Source of the DNA: an uncultured Bacteroidota bacterium
Lineage (GTDB): Bacteria; Bacteroidota; Ignavibacteria; Ignavibacteriales; Ignavibacteriaceae
Direction: 5' to 3'
DNA: 64,000 nt
Assembly: GCA_963777515.1 (NCBI GenBank)
Contig: CAVZQU010000007.1
Location: 736,763 to 800,762, forward strand
The translations under genes and the position numbers were made by a program. This document shows positions 48,521 to 59,725 of this stretch, piece by piece. Each line of letters starts with the position of its first letter. The stretch's first letter is position 1. The notes under the pieces are model-generated. The model saw only the letters and a program-made list of their open reading frames with translations, did not search any database and was not told the DNA's origin.

Positions 48521-49531
48521 TTAAAATGAATATTTGTAAATAACAGGAATAAATTCCTTAAAATTTTCAACTGTTTTCTGATCTAAATGATTTAAAATAT
48601 CCTGAGAAGGAACAAAAAAAGTTTTCCACGGATCGTCAACTAAATAAATATTGTTTTCATTATCGAAGGTTATTGATTCTAAAGAAGCTACATAATCATA
48701 TTGAGGATAGCCCGGAATATTAGATTTCAAACTTTTAGTATAACTATCAATAACATTTAATGAATTATCAATTTCTATATGAAATAATTTTTTGTTATTT
48801 CTATCAATCCCATAAATTGAATTGTTTTTATCTGAATACAAACCGCAAATAGTTCCGATGCCTAATTTTTTTGTGCTGATTGTTTTTTTAATTTCTAAAG
48901 TATTTTTATCAACTACAAAAAGAAGAGTGCTGTCTGCAAAAATATTTTGTTCTGAAAAACCTTCAAGCCCAAGATAAAAATGATTTTCATCTGCAGCCAA
49001 TCCTTCATATCCTATATTATTGGCTACATATTTTGTAAAAAGAGCAGAAGGTGTAATCTTTAATTTTTCCATAGACATAAGATTATTTGAAAGCACATTA
49101 TCATTTTCAAAATTCAATTTGTAAATTCCAACAAATTTTTTAGGATCGGGGTTATTGCCTTCAATTGAAAGATAAACATTTCCGGTATATTTATCATAAA
49201 CAATTTCTTCAAAATCTGCTTTTGGGAAAGTATCAAGATAAGCTACCACTTGAGGAGAAAAAGTTACTGGCTCAAAATTAAAAACAGTATCATTCTCAAT
49301 TGTAAATTGATATATTTTACCAATATCATCAGCAATCAAAAATATCTTTTTATTTTGTTCAGTAGATTTGATAAAAGTTATTCCTGAAGTCTGGTCAGAA
49401 TGGGTTGAATCCGACTGCATCCATCTTGGATAATGATTATCTTCTTTAAGTACGGTCTCTTTTTTTTCTGTCGGCGATTCACAACCATATAGAAATATTA
49501 TTATTAACAGAAATGGCAGTATATTTTTCAT
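48521..49531 (-). CDS. hypothetical beta-propeller-like lipoprotein (SdiA-regulated/phytase-like family candidate)
   Basis: Likely start MKNILPFLLIIIFLYGC at 49531. Repeated ...GYEGLA.../...SGITFI... strand patterns. The family call is weak. Confidence 0.45.
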   Translation of the reverse strand: MKNILPFLLIIIFLYGCESPTEKKETVLKEDNHYPRWMQSDSTHSDQTSGITFIKSTEQNKKIFLIADDIGKIYQFTIENDTVFNFEPVTFSPQVVAYLDTFPKADFEEIVYDKYTGNVYLSIEGNNPDPKKFVGIYKLNFENDNVLSNNLMSMEKLKITPSALFTKYVANNIGYEGLAADENHFYLGLEGFSEQNIFADSTLLFVVDKNTLEIKKTISTKKLGIGTICGLYSDKNNSIYGIDRNNKKLFHIEIDNSLNVIDSYTKSLKSNIPGYPQYDYVASLESITFDNENNIYLVDDPWKTFFVPSQDILNHLDQKTVENFKEFIPVIYKYSF

Positions 49532-49615
49532 AACCCGTAAATTTTTTTTGAGTTTAAAATATAGCAAATATTCCAATGAATCATCAGTATTTTAAGTTTT
49601 CTTGTTAAACTTTTT

Positions 49616-51025
49616 TTGCTTTCATATATTATCATAATGATTTTATATAAATATATACTTCGCAATCATTTTGCGCCTTTTCTATTTTCATTATTCACTT
49701 TATTCTGCATTTTTATTTTGCAGTTCATGATGAAATTTGCCGATAGACTTGTGGGAAAAGGCTTGGACACCTGGATAATTGTAAAACTGATTGTTTTCAA
49801 TTTATCATGGATGGTTGTGCTGGTTGTCCCAATGGCAACTTTAGTAGCAACTTTAATGGCTTTCGGAAATCTTTCTCAAAATAATGAAATAACTATATTA
49901 AAGTCATCGGGAATCAGCTTATACCGTATGATGGTTGCTCCTATTATAGCCAGCATAATTGTATGCTATTTACTTTTTTTATTTGATAATGATGTTCTTC
50001 CTGATGCAAATCACAAAGCTAAAATTTTAATGCAGGATATATCACAGCAAAAGCCAACCCTTTCACTCGAGCCGGGAGTATTTTCTCAAGAAGTTTCAAA
50101 CTATGCCATACTTGTAAGAGGTATAAATCAGAAAACCAATGCGCTAACGGATGTTACAATTTATGATTATACAAATCCAAATACCATAAATGTAGTTACA
50201 GCAAAAAAGGGGAAAATATTTTTTTCAAAAGACAGATCAAAATTAATAATGGATTTAGAGAGCGGTGAAATACATGAATCAAATGTTGCCAACACAAATC
50301 TCTATAGGAAATTGGTATTCACTAAACACAGGATAGCAATGAATGCTGATCAATTTTCTTTGCAGCAGTCTAACCCCAGCGGCTCAAGAGGTGAAAGAGA
50401 ATTAAGTACAGAAGCAATGAGAAGAATAGTTGACAGTCTTTCAGTTATGAAAAGCTCTCAATTAAATATATACCATAAAGAAGTTAACAAATATTTATTT
50501 GCAGACTCATCTATTGCTGCAACCAAATCTTCAAATTCAGTAATAAAACCAATTAACACTGCTATGATTTACGCAAGATTAATTGAAAAGGTTAAAACCG
50601 CAAGAAATGTTATTACATCAAACCAAAAACGATTAGAATTCATTCAAGCGGATATAAATAAATACCAGGTGGAGATTGATAAAAAATATGCCTTGCCGGC
50701 TGCATGTATTATTTTTGTTTTGATAGGGGCACCATTAGGAGTTATGGCAAAAAGAGGCGGATTTGGTATGGCAGCAAGTATAAGTTTATTTTTCTTTGTG
50801 CTGTATTGGGCGTTTTTAATCGGCGGAGAAAAACTTGCTGAGCGAAATTTTATAACCCCATTTATGGGAATGTGGTCTGCCAATATTTTGTTAGGTTTGT
50901 CAGGAGTTATATTAATTTACAGATCAGTTAAGGAAACAGTAACTTTGAATTTTTCATGGCTCATTAAATTCCTTCCTAAACAGTTTCGAGAAATGCAAAC
51001 AAGAAAAGAAGAAAATAATAATTGA
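49616..51025 (+). CDS. LptF/LptG-family (YjgP/YjgQ) permease
   Basis: N-terminus ILYKYILRNHFAPFLFSLFTLFCIFILQ, a large periplasmic loop and 3 C-terminal TM helices. The start may be the ATG at 49637. Confidence 0.8.
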   Translation: MLSYIIIMILYKYILRNHFAPFLFSLFTLFCIFILQFMMKFADRLVGKGLDTWIIVKLIVFNLSWMVVLVVPMATLVATLMAFGNLSQNNEITILKSSGISLYRMMVAPIIASIIVCYLLFLFDNDVLPDANHKAKILMQDISQQKPTLSLEPGVFSQEVSNYAILVRGINQKTNALTDVTIYDYTNPNTINVVTAKKGKIFFSKDRSKLIMDLESGEIHESNVANTNLYRKLVFTKHRIAMNADQFSLQQSNPSGSRGERELSTEAMRRIVDSLSVMKSSQLNIYHKEVNKYLFADSSIAATKSSNSVIKPINTAMIYARLIEKVKTARNVITSNQKRLEFIQADINKYQVEIDKKYALPAACIIFVLIGAPLGVMAKRGGFGMAASISLFFFVLYWAFLIGGEKLAERNFITPFMGMWSANILLGLSGVILIYRSVKETVTLNFSWLIKFLPKQFREMQTRKEENNN

Positions 51026-52104
51026 AAATTTTAGATAGATATTATGTAAAGCAATTTCTTCTTACCGTATTCTTCGGAATAATTGCATTTACCATCATCT
51101 TTGTTGTAATTGATATGATGGAAAACATGGATGATTTTATTGATCAAAAAGCCGGTATTGATATTATTCTTCATTATTATTTTGTTTTTTCTCCGGAGAT
51201 AATAAAGCTGATAACTCCCATAGCCGTTTTATTTTCTGCTTTGTTTACTGCCGGTAAAGCCTCAAGCTTAAGCGAGCTCACGGCTATTAAATCAAGCGGT
51301 GTTAGCATGTACCGTTTTATGCTTCCATTTTTAATTGCTGCTTTTTTTATAAGCATGTTTTCGATTTACTTTACCGGCTATCTTGTCCCGATGGCAAATA
51401 AAACAAAAATCAATATTGAAAGAACCTATTTGAATCGTGGATTTTCATATTCCGGCAGTAATCTTTTTTTCCAGGATTCAAAAGATAGAATTGTAAGCAT
51501 TTCTTTTTTTGATGATTCAAGAAATCAAGCTAATAGAGTGAGTATACAAGATTTTGCCGATAATGACCCTACTAAAATGGTTATGAGAATTGATGCAGCC
51601 AACATTGTTTATGACACACTTAATAATGATTGGGTCGCTCACAATGGTGTTAAAAGAAATTTTACAGATAGTACTGAAACAGCAGAATATTTCAGAACCA
51701 TGACTTTGAGTAATCTAAATTTTACAAATAAAGATTTAATTGACAAGCAGCAAAAGCCGGAGGAAATGAATTTAACGGAATTGAAAAATTTAATTCATTC
51801 AAAGATACAAGCCGGCAATGACCCTACCAGCGCGATGATAGAATATTATTCAAGATATTCTTTCCCTATGGCAAGTCTTATTGTAGTATTATTTGGATTA
51901 CCCTTTTCAGCTAACCAAAGAAAAGGTGGAGTTGCAGTTCAAGTTGGAATTAGCATTTTATTAACCTTTATTTATTTGGTATCTATGAAAATAAGTCAGG
52001 CTTTTGGAAAGAATGGGGCTTTAAATCCATTCCTAACAGCGTGGATTGCTAATTTTATATTCTTAGCCGCGGCATTAATTAATTTACCGAGGATGAAGCA
52101 ATAA
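51022..52104 (+). CDS. LptF/LptG-family (YjgP/YjgQ) permease
   Basis: N-terminus KILDRYYVKQFLLTVFFGIIAF. Same architecture as the upstream gene. Its TTG start overlaps the upstream stop. Confidence 0.8.
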   Translation: MKILDRYYVKQFLLTVFFGIIAFTIIFVVIDMMENMDDFIDQKAGIDIILHYYFVFSPEIIKLITPIAVLFSALFTAGKASSLSELTAIKSSGVSMYRFMLPFLIAAFFISMFSIYFTGYLVPMANKTKINIERTYLNRGFSYSGSNLFFQDSKDRIVSISFFDDSRNQANRVSIQDFADNDPTKMVMRIDAANIVYDTLNNDWVAHNGVKRNFTDSTETAEYFRTMTLSNLNFTNKDLIDKQQKPEEMNLTELKNLIHSKIQAGNDPTSAMIEYYSRYSFPMASLIVVLFGLPFSANQRKGGVAVQVGISILLTFIYLVSMKISQAFGKNGALNPFLTAWIANFIFLAAALINLPRMKQ

Positions 52105-52135
52105 ATATTTACCCAATAAAACATATTTAAAACTT

Positions 52136-52180
52136 GTAAGGGTGTCCAAATGAACACCCTTACTTAATAGATTTTTATTT
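52136..52180. terminator. bidirectional rho-independent terminator between convergent genes
   Basis: Perfect 10-bp stem GTAAGGGTGT / ACACCCTTAC with an 8-nt loop. T-rich on the 3' side and A-rich on the 5' side. Confidence 0.7.
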
Positions 52181-52191
52181 TAGATTTTAAA

Positions 52192-53608
52192 TTATAATTT
52201 CCAGCGCGAACCAAATGCCACAGAAATATATTTTGTTGAATTTGGGGCAACTACTATTTGCATATCTGAAGTCGCAAAATCAAATTCAACAATTCCTGCG
52301 TCAGCACCTAAACCAAATGCCCAGTTAAATCCATCAACACCGCCTACTGATAAACCTGTTCTAATATAAGGAATCCAGTTGCCTGGTTTCCATTCGCTCC
52401 CGACTGAAAATCTTGACCTTAGTGTGTTACCGGGTAATTCGTTGAATCCCTGGTTAAAATCAAATGCTAAAAGCAAAGTACCGGGAATAAAATCATTTTG
52501 GTCATCTAAAATGAGAGAGCTTCCGAATCTAAATGCAGTAGGAAGTGAAGTTGAAAAACTTATTAATATATTGGCCAGAACCTTTTATTTTATTTTGAAG
52601 AGAATCGATTTGATTTTGATCTGAAAAAGAATCTACGTATATACTTCCAAATGAAGAAAACTCAGCAGCATTTTTATTCCAATTAATTTTTCCTATATCG
52701 GTTACTGCAACTGAAAAACTAATTTTTCTATTAAGCTTTAAATTCACATCCAAGGTCGAACCCAATTCCGGAACCAGCCGGTTTAGGAAAAGGAGAAAAA
52801 TTTGAATGAGTTTCAGTTGAATCAAAATCATACTTTACACCAAGCTGCTTGGAAAAAGCAGCATACGCTAACATATCACTGCTTCCTGTTATCTCTGCAT
52901 TTGAATTCGTTTGAAGTGAAGTATTTACTCTTTCAGTACCTACATAAGAATATCCGTGAACTAGCTTAATGGAAATACCAGCAGTTAATCTTTCAAATAA
53001 GGATTGTTTAATGAAATTTACATCTCTTGCATAAGAAAGAGAATAGTTCCTTATCCACCAGGCTTTAACATTAGCATCATCAAGATTATAGATTTTGTCG
53101 ATAGCATTACCTGTTAAAGCAAGATCCGGCAATGCTTGGGGTATATTCATCTTTGCACCGGCAAAATCTGTTATTGAAAATGCAAATGCACCAATGAAAT
53201 TAGATGGTTTAAATTTAAAGCTAAAAATATTTGTTGTAGCATTACCAAATAATAACCCGCCATTTTCAAATAGGCTATTAAAATTTTGTTTATCTGTTTC
53301 GGTAAGAAGTCTTGCTTTTCCGTTTTCGCCGCCGAAATAATAATTAAAATCTTTTATCGAAAGAAAATTGGTTCCGGTTTTTACGGATACATAAGGCAAA
53401 GGCAAAACAGTTGAAAATTCTATATTATTTTCATTCTTCATTAAATTTGCAGGATTAATCCCTATAGCGAGTATCCCTTCTGATATTGCATTATAAGTCT
53501 TAGCCATTCCCATGCTTCTTGCCTCAACTGTTCCTGAAGAACCATATTGGGCAAAAGCGGTAAAGGTAAGAGCTTAAAAAGATTATTGATAGTGAAAAAC
53601 TTTTTCAT
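52192..53608 (-). pseudogene. outer-membrane beta-barrel (PorV/FadL-like), at least 3 frameshifts
   Basis: ORFs 52731..53513, 52529..52831 and 52192..52476, plus an N-terminal remnant from the ATG at 53608 (MKKFFTI..., frame change, then FAQYGSSGTVEARSMGMAKTYNAISEGILAIGINPANL). C-terminus FGSRWKL. Confidence 0.5.
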
Positions 53609-53619
53609 CATTTTATAAA

Positions 53620-55239
53620 TTAATTATTGTTATCGCTGTTTACTCTATATTTTATGTTTCCAAATGATTTCAAATTTATCCAATCAGATGGTTTTACAGT
53701 TACATAAGGAGGATTTTGATTACTATCTAAAGCATCTCTAGTTCTTATACTTGCAGAGATAAAAGCATATTTAGCATTTGCAAGCTGTTTTATTTCATCT
53801 GCATTTAAATTAATTGATTGACTAGTACTTGTAGTCTGAATAACCTCGCCCGTTGTTTGATCAACTGCAGCACCGGTAAATTGAAGTGAATCCACTCCGT
53901 CATTCCCTCTTAAAGTGAATAACGGATTATAATTTGAATCAGCTAATGTAATTTTGAAAAATGCCGTCATAGGAATATGATTATCAACTTCAATTGTTAA
54001 GCTGGCTGATTGCCCTTTATTTATTTGATCCCTATCATCATTACTTATATCAACATCGAGTGTATCTGTTATCGTAGTTTGCCTTAATATTAGAGAACTT
54101 TTCGCAGTAAAATTTGTTTCAAATGCAACTGAGTCTAGTTCGTTAACAGTTCGATATGTTTTGTCATCATCAGGATTTAATACATAATCCGTACTAACTA
54201 TTATTGAATCAGGCATAAACGAAATGAATTCTGTTATATTGCTGTTAGTTTCATCAAATGTTTTTTGTAATTGCCCATTATTAAATCTGAATGAAGGCGA
54301 AAGCGGACTGTTAATATTTTCATAGAATTGCAATTGTTCCTGTTCCCCATTATTTCTCTTTCCCACTATACTCATATTTCTTATTTCAAGGTCAAATGGT
54401 TCTGAAGTATTTGTTTCATAGGATGCATTCACATATAGTACTGCATCCTTTAAAGAAACCTTATCTTTATATCTTTCAATATCAGAGCCAAGGTCTACAG
54501 CATATTTATCTTGATTAACATGAATAACTTTTGTGGGAATATATCCTTTTACAGAAGAAAATTTCATCTGCTTTGCCTTTACATCAAATGATGAGTAAGC
54601 AAAGTTATCTAACGAATTTGCTTTTGCTATTAACCAAATTTGTCCTTTAAATATTGAAACCTGGTTTGCTGGTTCTTGATAACTATGGTCTTGCAATAAG
54701 TAAATAGAACTATCGGTGCTGTTTGCATGAACAATAAAATCTAGGGAAAGTATATTTCCATCAGGCTTAATTACACCAGGAATTTTAATATTAATATTCA
54801 TATCGCTGAAGGTAGAATGATTTACAAATTTGAATTTAATTACACCGGACTTAAATTTCGCATTTTCAATTTGTAAACTATCAGGAAATGGAATATATAC
54901 TTGTAAGCTGTCATTCTCCGTAACCGGGAGAACGTTATCATTACTGGAGGATTCATTGGTCATCTGCATAAATTCTGAAACACCTGTTGAAGATAAATAA
55001 TCATCAGAATGAATTACATACAGGCTGTCAACAGGATCAATAGAAATATTTGGGTCTTTATCGGATTTTACTATATCTTCTAGTACGTAAGATTTTTTTA
55101 ATAAAGGAACATTTAAATCTACATCCCACTGAGGCATTATAACTTCATTTGGAAGATCAACACATCCTGTTGAATTAAGAATTGCGAAAATTCCTCCTAA
55201 TATCAAAAATGAAAAAATTGCTTTCATTAGATTTTTCAT
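53620..55239 (-). CDS. hypothetical 539-aa secreted protein/lipoprotein
   Basis: Signal peptide ending with NSTGC. No family recognised. Intact. Confidence 0.55.
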   Translation of the reverse strand: MKNLMKAIFSFLILGGIFAILNSTGCVDLPNEVIMPQWDVDLNVPLLKKSYVLEDIVKSDKDPNISIDPVDSLYVIHSDDYLSSTGVSEFMQMTNESSSNDNVLPVTENDSLQVYIPFPDSLQIENAKFKSGVIKFKFVNHSTFSDMNINIKIPGVIKPDGNILSLDFIVHANSTDSSIYLLQDHSYQEPANQVSIFKGQIWLIAKANSLDNFAYSSFDVKAKQMKFSSVKGYIPTKVIHVNQDKYAVDLGSDIERYKDKVSLKDAVLYVNASYETNTSEPFDLEIRNMSIVGKRNNGEQEQLQFYENINSPLSPSFRFNNGQLQKTFDETNSNITEFISFMPDSIIVSTDYVLNPDDDKTYRTVNELDSVAFETNFTAKSSLILRQTTITDTLDVDISNDDRDQINKGQSASLTIEVDNHIPMTAFFKITLADSNYNPLFTLRGNDGVDSLQFTGAAVDQTTGEVIQTTSTSQSINLNADEIKQLANAKYAFISASIRTRDALDSNQNPPYVTVKPSDWINLKSFGNIKYRVNSDNNN

Positions 55240-55253
55240 ATCTATTCAAAAAA

Positions 55254-56201
55254 TTATTTAAGATAAATCATTTTCTTAGATGCCGAATAATTGCCGGCTT
55301 TTAATTCGTATATGTAAAACCCAGAAGGAATACCTGCAGCGTTAAATGATATTGTATGAGATCCTGCGTTTTGAAATTCACTTACTATATTTTCTACTTT
55401 TATGCCAAGAATGTTATACACATTGAGTTTAACAAAAGAGTTTTTAGGAATAGAATACTTTATTTTTGTTGAAGGATTAAACGGATTTGGGAAGTTCTGC
55501 TCTAATTTAAAGTTAGCCGGATTTTTACTATCGGAATTTTCTACATTTGTGACGGAAGATTCTTCCATTCCAACTACATTAGAAAAATGTCTTAAATTTA
55601 TTTCATAGAAAGAATTTTCAGTTCCGGCTGAGTCCATTGGCTTGACAGTTACAATGTCATTGCTGATAAAATTATCCTCGGTTTTATAATAAAAATTTAT
55701 TGGAGAGTCAGAATCAATTCCAGAACTGCTTATAAAATCACTTAAGTCTATTGAATTGGGAATTCGAAGAATGCATCTTTTTAAGTTTTTAAAATAAAAT
55801 GGTGAAGGCTGTTCCTGTCCATTAATAATCACAATTAAATTTATATTGAAGAAAAATTTCTCACCATGTTTTCCTTTGAGATATAAACCTGAATTGCAAT
55901 CAACATCTGAAACTATAAAAAGTATAGTTACATCTTTATCTAATGCACCATCTTCAATCTTAAATTCTGTCCCTTTTATTGTGTTCCACAAAGCTTGAGG
56001 AAAAGAAGAGTTGGAAGGCATTGACCAATCTCCAATTTCATAGGTTTCGCCTTCTTTGAAAGTTAGAGTTGGAAGAAAAACAGTACCTGTTCCTTCACAT
56101 TGCAATCCTATTTGAAATGATATTGTATTTTGAACATCTTGAGCGATAATTTGAACTGAAAAAAATGAAATGGCTGCAAATAGTAGAATAATTTTTTTCA
56201 T
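55254..56201 (-). CDS. T9SS C-terminal-target-domain protein (315 aa)
   Basis: Signal peptide. CTD motif EQNFPNPFNPSTKIKYSIP...GFYIYELKAGNYSASKKMIYLK. Confidence 0.75.
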   Translation of the reverse strand: MKKIILLFAAISFFSVQIIAQDVQNTISFQIGLQCEGTGTVFLPTLTFKEGETYEIGDWSMPSNSSFPQALWNTIKGTEFKIEDGALDKDVTILFIVSDVDCNSGLYLKGKHGEKFFFNINLIVIINGQEQPSPFYFKNLKRCILRIPNSIDLSDFISSSGIDSDSPINFYYKTEDNFISNDIVTVKPMDSAGTENSFYEINLRHFSNVVGMEESSVTNVENSDSKNPANFKLEQNFPNPFNPSTKIKYSIPKNSFVKLNVYNILGIKVENIVSEFQNAGSHTISFNAAGIPSGFYIYELKAGNYSASKKMIYLK

Positions 56202-56367
56202 GATAACCTATTTATTAATTATAGTTTGCGATTTATTTGATATTTTTTTCAATTTATAAAAGACATTCAATTACTCAAATCAGGTGATCCCTGAATTTTT
56301 ATAATATATAGTGTTTCTCTTTATAGTCGAAAAAATTTAGAGGGTATTTAGAGGTAATTATTTAGAA

Positions 56368-56401
56368 GAAAAAAAAATAGGCAAACTTTAAGCTTGCCTA
56401 T
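56368..56401 (-). terminator. rho-independent terminator after the DUF3467 gene
   Basis: The minus strand reads ATAGGCAAGC-TTAAAG-TTTGCCTAT followed by T9. Confidence 0.75.
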
Positions 56402-56429
56402 TATATTAGAAAAGAAATAAATGAAAAAT

Positions 56430-56756
56430 TTAGTTCACTTTTTCATCTTTTTTTACCGGGACAAACCCAAAATGCTGGTTAGGTGGAGTATCTGTTTTTA
56501 TCTCCCCGAATCTTGATTCAAATTTATCTATATTATCCTTTAAAGCTTTTAAAAGCATTTTAGCATGTTGGGGTGTGGTAATAATTCTTGCATGCACTTT
56601 AGCTTTTGGAATGCCGGGAACAATTCTTGTAAAATCTATAATAAATTCTGCCGGCGAATGTGTTATAATTGCCAGATTAGAATATATTCCTTCAGCTTCC
56701 TTTTCACCAAGCTCTATATTTATTTGCTGTCCTTGTAATTGATTATCTTGAGCCAT
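56430..56756 (-). CDS. DUF3467-family protein
   Basis: EAEGIYSNLAIITHSPAEFIIDFTRIVPGIPKAKVHARIITTPQHAKMLLKAL matches the DUF3467 core. Confidence 0.7.
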   Translation of the reverse strand: MAQDNQLQGQQINIELGEKEAEGIYSNLAIITHSPAEFIIDFTRIVPGIPKAKVHARIITTPQHAKMLLKALKDNIDKFESRFGEIKTDTPPNQHFGFVPVKKDEKVN

Positions 56757-56773
56757 TATTTACTTTCAAAAAA

Positions 56774-57931
56774 TTATTTTCCTCTTAATGCATCTGCTTT
56801 ATTGAATGCATCCTTTGCTTTATCTTGCATATTTAGGACTGTATAAACTCTACCCAATAATTCAAACATTTGCGGATCATCTGATTTTTTTTCAACTACT
56901 TTTTCAAGATACGGCAAAGCAAGTTTATACTTTTCCTTATATGCCTGATTTTCCATTTCACCTTTATCTTCTGATTCTTTATTTAGCTGTGTTCCCCATT
57001 TTACATAAGTAACAGCTAAATTATAAATAGCATTGTCATAATCGGGCTTAATGTCTATAGCTTTTTTAAACTGATTTTCAGCATCAGGGTAATCGCCTGC
57101 CTGAAGCAATAGTACTCCATAATTATATTTATAATATGGATTATCCGGTTCTGTTTCAATTCCCTTTTTGAATATTTCTTTTGCAACATCAATTTTGCGT
57201 GCAGCTATATAAGAATTGGCTAAGGTTCTAAGAATTTCAGAATCTTTTGGATATAATTTCCTTCCATCTTCCAAAACGTTTATAGCTTTACTAAAATTGT
57301 CCATTGCTGCAAGGCTGTCTTTTCCTTCAAAACTAGCTCCTTTTTCATAATAAATTTCACCAAGATATTTATAACCATCAACAGGTTTTTCCAGATCAAT
57401 AAGTTTTTGTAATGGTGCAATTGCCGAATCGTTTTCACCCTGACTTATATAAACAAATGAAAGATTTTTATAAGCACCTGCAGAATCCGGCTCAATCATA
57501 ATTGCATTCCTAAAGGCTTCAACCGATCTATCCAATAATATTTTAGTGCTGTCCTTATCAGTTATTTTTGTACCATCCTGATATAGCTTTACGCCTCTAT
57601 TAAATTGATTTGCCCAATAATAAGTTTCCGACTTTTTAATATCATCAGCATTTTTATTGCTTATTGCAAGAGACTTATCATAAGCATCAACCATATTCGA
57701 ATAATCGCCCTTTTCTCCGTAAATATAGCCCATTAGATAATAGCCTTCATCACTTTTAGGATTTTTAGCAACTTCTTTTTTAAGTGCGTCAAGTGCTTTA
57801 TCGTATTGCTTTTGTTGAATATATAATCTTGCGCTGGTCAACTCAGTTGAACCGCAATCAAATCCGGTAGTTGCCATTACAATTCCAAATAACAAAACGA
57901 TTGCGATTAGTATTTTTGATTTTTGCATCAT
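56774..57931 (-). CDS. TPR-repeat lipoprotein
   Basis: Signal/lipobox GFDC. At least 7 TPR units (YYLMGYIYGEKGDY, YKNLSFVYISQGE, YNLAVTYVKWG and others). Confidence 0.75.
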   Translation of the reverse strand: MMQKSKILIAIVLLFGIVMATTGFDCGSTELTSARLYIQQKQYDKALDALKKEVAKNPKSDEGYYLMGYIYGEKGDYSNMVDAYDKSLAISNKNADDIKKSETYYWANQFNRGVKLYQDGTKITDKDSTKILLDRSVEAFRNAIMIEPDSAGAYKNLSFVYISQGENDSAIAPLQKLIDLEKPVDGYKYLGEIYYEKGASFEGKDSLAAMDNFSKAINVLEDGRKLYPKDSEILRTLANSYIAARKIDVAKEIFKKGIETEPDNPYYKYNYGVLLLQAGDYPDAENQFKKAIDIKPDYDNAIYNLAVTYVKWGTQLNKESEDKGEMENQAYKEKYKLALPYLEKVVEKKSDDPQMFELLGRVYTVLNMQDKAKDAFNKADALRGK

Positions 57932-58113
57932 TACTCCATTTAATGATCTATTGATTTAACAATTTTGTAGATTCAAAATTACTGTTTTAACCATGTATAG
58001 TCAAGAATTATAAATGCTTATGTAGTCTATTTCACTAATCATTTCAGGCTAATCGAAGAAATGAAAACTTAGATTATTATACAATATTATCTTTAACTTT
58101 TCTTCAGTTAAAT

Positions 58114-58479
58114 TCAATTTTTTAATTTAAAATGGGGATTTTCAATTATTCCAAACACATTACCGAATGGATCCAACACTGTCGCAACCTTTATCCCCTC
58201 CCCAACTTCTTGAACTTCTGTATTCTTTTTAGCACCATTTTTAAGTAGACTTGCGAAAGCTTCTTCAGCATTATCAACTCCCCAGTATGCAACTTCATTA
58301 TTTCCCTTTGTAAGATTTGGACTATTCGGGTCAAGCCCCAATTCATATCCACCTACGTTAAATCCAACATAAAAGGGCTGATCAAAATATGGTTTAAACC
58401 CAAGAATTTTGGTATACCATTCTTTTGCTTTTTCTATATCATCAGCATGATATATTACTGTTCTTAACCCTTTTAACAT
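58114..58479 (-). CDS. VOC/glyoxalase-family protein
   Basis: 121 aa. Motifs VIYHADDIEKAKEWYTKILGF and DPFGNVFGI. Confidence 0.75.
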   Translation of the reverse strand: MLKGLRTVIYHADDIEKAKEWYTKILGFKPYFDQPFYVGFNVGGYELGLDPNSPNLTKGNNEVAYWGVDNAEEAFASLLKNGAKKNTEVQEVGEGIKVATVLDPFGNVFGIIENPHFKLKN

Positions 58480-58549
58480 AATTGACTCCTTTTACAATTA
58501 TTAAATATTTTGAGAGAATTGAATTTCCAAATCTCAATTAAAACTTAAA

Positions 58550-59725
58550 TTGATTTTCCATCTTTTAAAGAATATTTTTGAAGTCAAAAGTGAGGATATT
58601 TTGAACTCAAAACAAATTGTAAATTCACTACCCAAAGTCCTTCTTCATGACCATCTTGACGGCGGATTAAGGCCGCAGACAATTATTGAATTAGCCCAAG
58701 AATTAAAATACAAAAAGCTACCCACAAAGGATCCTGCCGAACTTGGGAAATGGTTTCATCGCGGCGCAAATAAGGGAAACTTAGTTGAATACTTGCAAGG
58801 ATTTGAACATACCTGTGCTGTAATGCAAACAAAAGAATCCCTCGAACGGGTGGCTTACGAAATGATGGAAGATATGAAAAATGACGGTGTATGCTATGTT
58901 GAAACTAGATTTGCCCCGGTTTTTCATACTAACAAAGGTTTATATTATGAAGATATTGTTAGTGCTGTTCTGGAAGGATTGGAAAAAGGGAAAAAAGATT
59001 TTGGAGTTGGTTACGGATTGATTCTTTGCGGTATGCGCAATATGAAAAATACTTTAGACATTGCCGAACTTGCAGTCAATTTCCGAAAACAGGGTGTTAT
59101 TGGTTTTGATCTTGCCGGCGAAGAAGGCGGCTACCCTCCTAAAAGACATATTGAAGCATTCCAGTTTATTCAGCGGGCTAATTTTAATATTACAATTCAT
59201 GCCGGAGAGGCGTTTGGTAAGGAATCTATCTGGCAGGCTATTCAATGGTGTGGTGCTCATAGAATTGGACATGCAACACATCTTGTTGAGGATTTTATTT
59301 TGGACCATCACGGTAATGTTGCTGGTTTCGGAGACTTAGCACAGTATGTTCTCGATAAAAGAATTCCGCTTGAAATATGTTTACTTAGTAATGTGCATAC
59401 CGGAGCAGTAGATAAAATAGAAAAACATCCATTTGGTATTTTCTTTAAGGAAAAATTCAGAGTTACACTTAATACCGATGATAGGTTGATGAGCGATACT
59501 TCGATGACAAAAGAATTTTTAACTGCAATTGAATATTTCAATTTAACTTTAGAAGACCTGGAAAAAATAACTATAAATTCAATGAAGTCAGCTTTTATTC
59601 CTTACAAAGAAAGGCTGAAATATATTTATGATATAATAAAACCGGGTTACCAAAAAATAAAAGAACAATTATTATCATTTAAAAATTATTCGGAACCAGA
59701 TGAAAAAATTATTCACAAACTATAA
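58550..59725 (+). CDS. add: adenosine deaminase
   Basis: Motifs LPKVLLHDHLDGG, YVETRFAP, FDLAGEE, TIHAGE and LNTDDRLMS. The TTG start is uncertain. Confidence 0.85.
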   Translation: MIFHLLKNIFEVKSEDILNSKQIVNSLPKVLLHDHLDGGLRPQTIIELAQELKYKKLPTKDPAELGKWFHRGANKGNLVEYLQGFEHTCAVMQTKESLERVAYEMMEDMKNDGVCYVETRFAPVFHTNKGLYYEDIVSAVLEGLEKGKKDFGVGYGLILCGMRNMKNTLDIAELAVNFRKQGVIGFDLAGEEGGYPPKRHIEAFQFIQRANFNITIHAGEAFGKESIWQAIQWCGAHRIGHATHLVEDFILDHHGNVAGFGDLAQYVLDKRIPLEICLLSNVHTGAVDKIEKHPFGIFFKEKFRVTLNTDDRLMSDTSMTKEFLTAIEYFNLTLEDLEKITINSMKSAFIPYKERLKYIYDIIKPGYQKIKEQLLSFKNYSEPDEKIIHKL

